A stretch of DNA of 64,000 bases, taken from sequence record NC_025447.1. One strand, given 5' to 3'. Within the stretch, counting starts at the first letter, position 1. Each line of letters opens with the position of its first letter. The notes below the pieces were generated by a model. It searched no databases, was not told the DNA's origin, and saw nothing but the letters and a program-made list of their open reading frames with translations. The translations under genes were made by a program, and so were the position numbers. Of the stretch, positions 62,101-64,000 are shown in pieces.

Positions 62101-62108
62101 GGAAATAT

Positions 62109-62186
62109 ATGTCTGAAAAGCCAAAAGAACCATTAGATCGTGATGATGATTTTTATGACGAACGATATGGAGATGATGATGAGTGA
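62109..62186 (+). CDS. 25-aa acidic micropeptide (not in the ORF track)
   Basis: SD GAGGA, then MSEKPKEPLDRDDDFYDERYGDDDE; its stop overlaps the next gene's start. Confidence 0.45.
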   Translation: MSEKPKEPLDRDDDFYDERYGDDDE

Positions 62187-62430
62187 ACATAGTGCTGTGC
62201 TTAAAAAGATTTTAAAGGAACTTGATGGTGAGTTTAATGTCACAGAAGAAGAATATCAGCATTGGAAGAAAGGTTTTGAACAACTAACCGAGTATGATAA
62301 AGTGTTCAATATGATTGGCGTAATTAGCCAGTACTTACTCGGTGGAGGACGTGCAAGTGCTTCAATTCTGGCATCTGCAATCATCTGTACATCACGATGG
62401 TGTGATGAAAAAAGTTTGGAAGATTTCTAA
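62179..62430 (+). CDS. hypothetical protein
   Basis: ATG 62179 after GGAG. Confidence 0.65.
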   Translation: MSEHSAVLKKILKELDGEFNVTEEEYQHWKKGFEQLTEYDKVFNMIGVISQYLLGGGRASASILASAIICTSRWCDEKSLEDF

Positions 62431-62482
62431 ATAAGATGCTATAATATATTATAGTACCTTAACAATATAAAAAGGATTTTAT

Positions 62483-63343
62483 ATGAAACCTATCCGAGTA
62501 CTTTCTCTTTTTAATGGAATGAGTGTGGGATATATGGCATTGCAAGATGCTGGTATCCCAGTTGAAAAATATTATTCATCCGAAATTGATAAGTACGCAA
62601 TAGCTGAATCTCAATCTAACTTTCCTGATATTATCCAATTGGGTGATGTAACTAAGTGGAGAGAATGGGATATTGAGTGGGACAAAATAGATTTATTAAT
62701 GGGTGGTTTCCCATGCCAAGCCTGGTCAGTTGCAGGTAAACAGGGTGGTTTAAATGATATACGTGGGCAGTTATTTTTAGTAATGGTTGAAATTTTTGAT
62801 CATATCAAAAGTCTCAATCCTAACTTGAAATTTCTGTTTGAAAATGTTAAAATGAAGGAAGATTTCAAAGAATACATTAATAGTATTTTAGGAATCACGC
62901 CAGTACTGATAAACTCCCAGCATTATACGCCTCACTTCAGGCAGAGATATTACTGGTACAGTACTGATAAGCTTTTTATACCACCTGCATTATCCAATGC
63001 ACCTAAACTTCAAGATATTATTGAAGATGGTTGGTACACTGACAGAACCGCTTCGTACTGTATAGATGCTAACTATTTTAAAGGTGGTGATTGTAACCAG
63101 TACTTTAATAAATCCAGACGACAATTGGTGTTTCGTGATCCAGTGATTAATCGTCAATATCTATTAGAGAATGGCAAAAGAAATATTGACTATAGACACT
63201 TAAGTGTAGTAGAATGTTGTAAATTACAGGGTGTTCCTGAAGATTTCTTTAAAGTGTCTAGTAAGACACAAGCATACAAAATGCTTGGGAATGGATGGAC
63301 TATGCCAGTTATATCACATTTACTAAGAGAGATATTCTTTTGA
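62483..63343 (+). CDS. DNA (cytosine-5) methyltransferase, orphan
   Basis: LSLFNG (motif I), SEID, GDV, GGFPCQ (motif IV), FENV (motif VI), RQR, LGNGW (motif X). Confidence 0.92.
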   Translation: MKPIRVLSLFNGMSVGYMALQDAGIPVEKYYSSEIDKYAIAESQSNFPDIIQLGDVTKWREWDIEWDKIDLLMGGFPCQAWSVAGKQGGLNDIRGQLFLVMVEIFDHIKSLNPNLKFLFENVKMKEDFKEYINSILGITPVLINSQHYTPHFRQRYYWYSTDKLFIPPALSNAPKLQDIIEDGWYTDRTASYCIDANYFKGGDCNQYFNKSRRQLVFRDPVINRQYLLENGKRNIDYRHLSVVECCKLQGVPEDFFKVSSKTQAYKMLGNGWTMPVISHLLREIFF

Positions 63344-63825
63344 ACATAAACAAATACCAAACTTATATAAAACGTACAGAAAGTTTCAAACGGCTGGCTG
63401 TAAAATCTGAATTAGAATTTAATTTGTATTATCCTAATATTGGTGATGAGGTATTTTATTGCTCTCATTCAAAGAATGGAACTTTACTTAAATCGGGTAA
63501 AGGAACTATTGTTGATATGACCGCAAATTTCAGAGGTAAACTTAATGTAATGTACAAAGTACAAGATTCAAGTACTGAGTGTATTCATGAAGTGATGCAT
63601 AACATACCTGCATATCCAAAAGATTTTGTTCAGCTAATATCTCGAAGGGAGAAACCTATGTTTTATTGTGGTTATGACAAATTAACCAAACAAATTATTC
63701 CTAATACTATGGGAAAATTTAAAAGTGATGTGAAATCTGAACTTGAAAAGAAATTTGGCACGTCATGGGAAACTGAAAACGAGTTTATCGAAATTCGTTT
63801 AATTGAAATTACTATACTTGAATAA
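63295..63825 (+). CDS. hypothetical protein
   Basis: 176 aa ORF followed by the terminator ATCCACGC/GCGTGGAT. Confidence 0.65.
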   Translation: MDYASYITFTKRDILLNINKYQTYIKRTESFKRLAVKSELEFNLYYPNIGDEVFYCSHSKNGTLLKSGKGTIVDMTANFRGKLNVMYKVQDSSTECIHEVMHNIPAYPKDFVQLISRREKPMFYCGYDKLTKQIIPNTMGKFKSDVKSELEKKFGTSWETENEFIEIRLIEITILE

Positions 63826-63867
63826 TTACAAATCCACGCATTGCGTGGATTTTTCATAGGTGCATAT

Positions 63868-64000
63868 ATGCCAATTCCTTATGTTAAAATTATTAATAAT
63901 ATTCTCGATTCATGGGAAGATGTTATTACTGGTAAAAAGCAACCATCACCAGTACATGCTTTATCTGGGAAACTTCAATTCAGAATGTCAAACCAAACTG
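63868..64000 (+). CDS. partial hypothetical protein running off the window
   Basis: ATG 63868, open to the window end (MPIPYVKIINNILDSWEDV...). Confidence 0.5.
   Translation, partial: MPIPYVKIINNILDSWEDVITGKKQPSPVHALSGKLQFRMSNQT

Overview
64 kb AT-rich (roughly 32% GC by eye), almost entirely + strand segment of a jumbo T4-like myophage. The gene set (T4-like gp17, gp32, UvsX/Y/W, gp41, gp44/62-like, gp61-like, topoisomerase II, class Ia nrdAB, plus IF3, GroES, ClpS-like, YggL-like and TelA-like genes and a split DnaE) resembles the RaK2/GAP32/PBECO4-like enterobacterial jumbo phages; that assignment is inference and no search was run. Layout: replication, recombination and packaging core (1-18 kb), head-associated late genes (18-23.6 kb), nucleotide metabolism and host-takeover genes (23.6-35 kb), candidate virion proteins, topoisomerase and baseplate (35-49 kb), and an early accessory region with a paralog array and a C5 DNA methyltransferase (49.6-64 kb). 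Main discovery: two tandem minus-strand T4 T-like holin genes (28845-30242) are each interrupted by a +1 frameshift at the same tetranucleotide, CGG-A, suggesting translational recoding as a lysis control; a sequencing artefact is not excluded. Other highlights: a degenerate terminase-ATPase paralog beside terL, a miniature DnaE split into two genes about 30 kb apart, about 5-fold enrichment of AGTACT by hand count, a G(G/A)(G/A)A(C/T)A-N16-TA(T/C)AAT promoter class, an unannotated Hfq/Sm-like ORF, and at least 8 paralogs sharing a C-terminal EExxFQxS motif. No tRNA, rRNA, CRISPR array, intron or intein was recognised.
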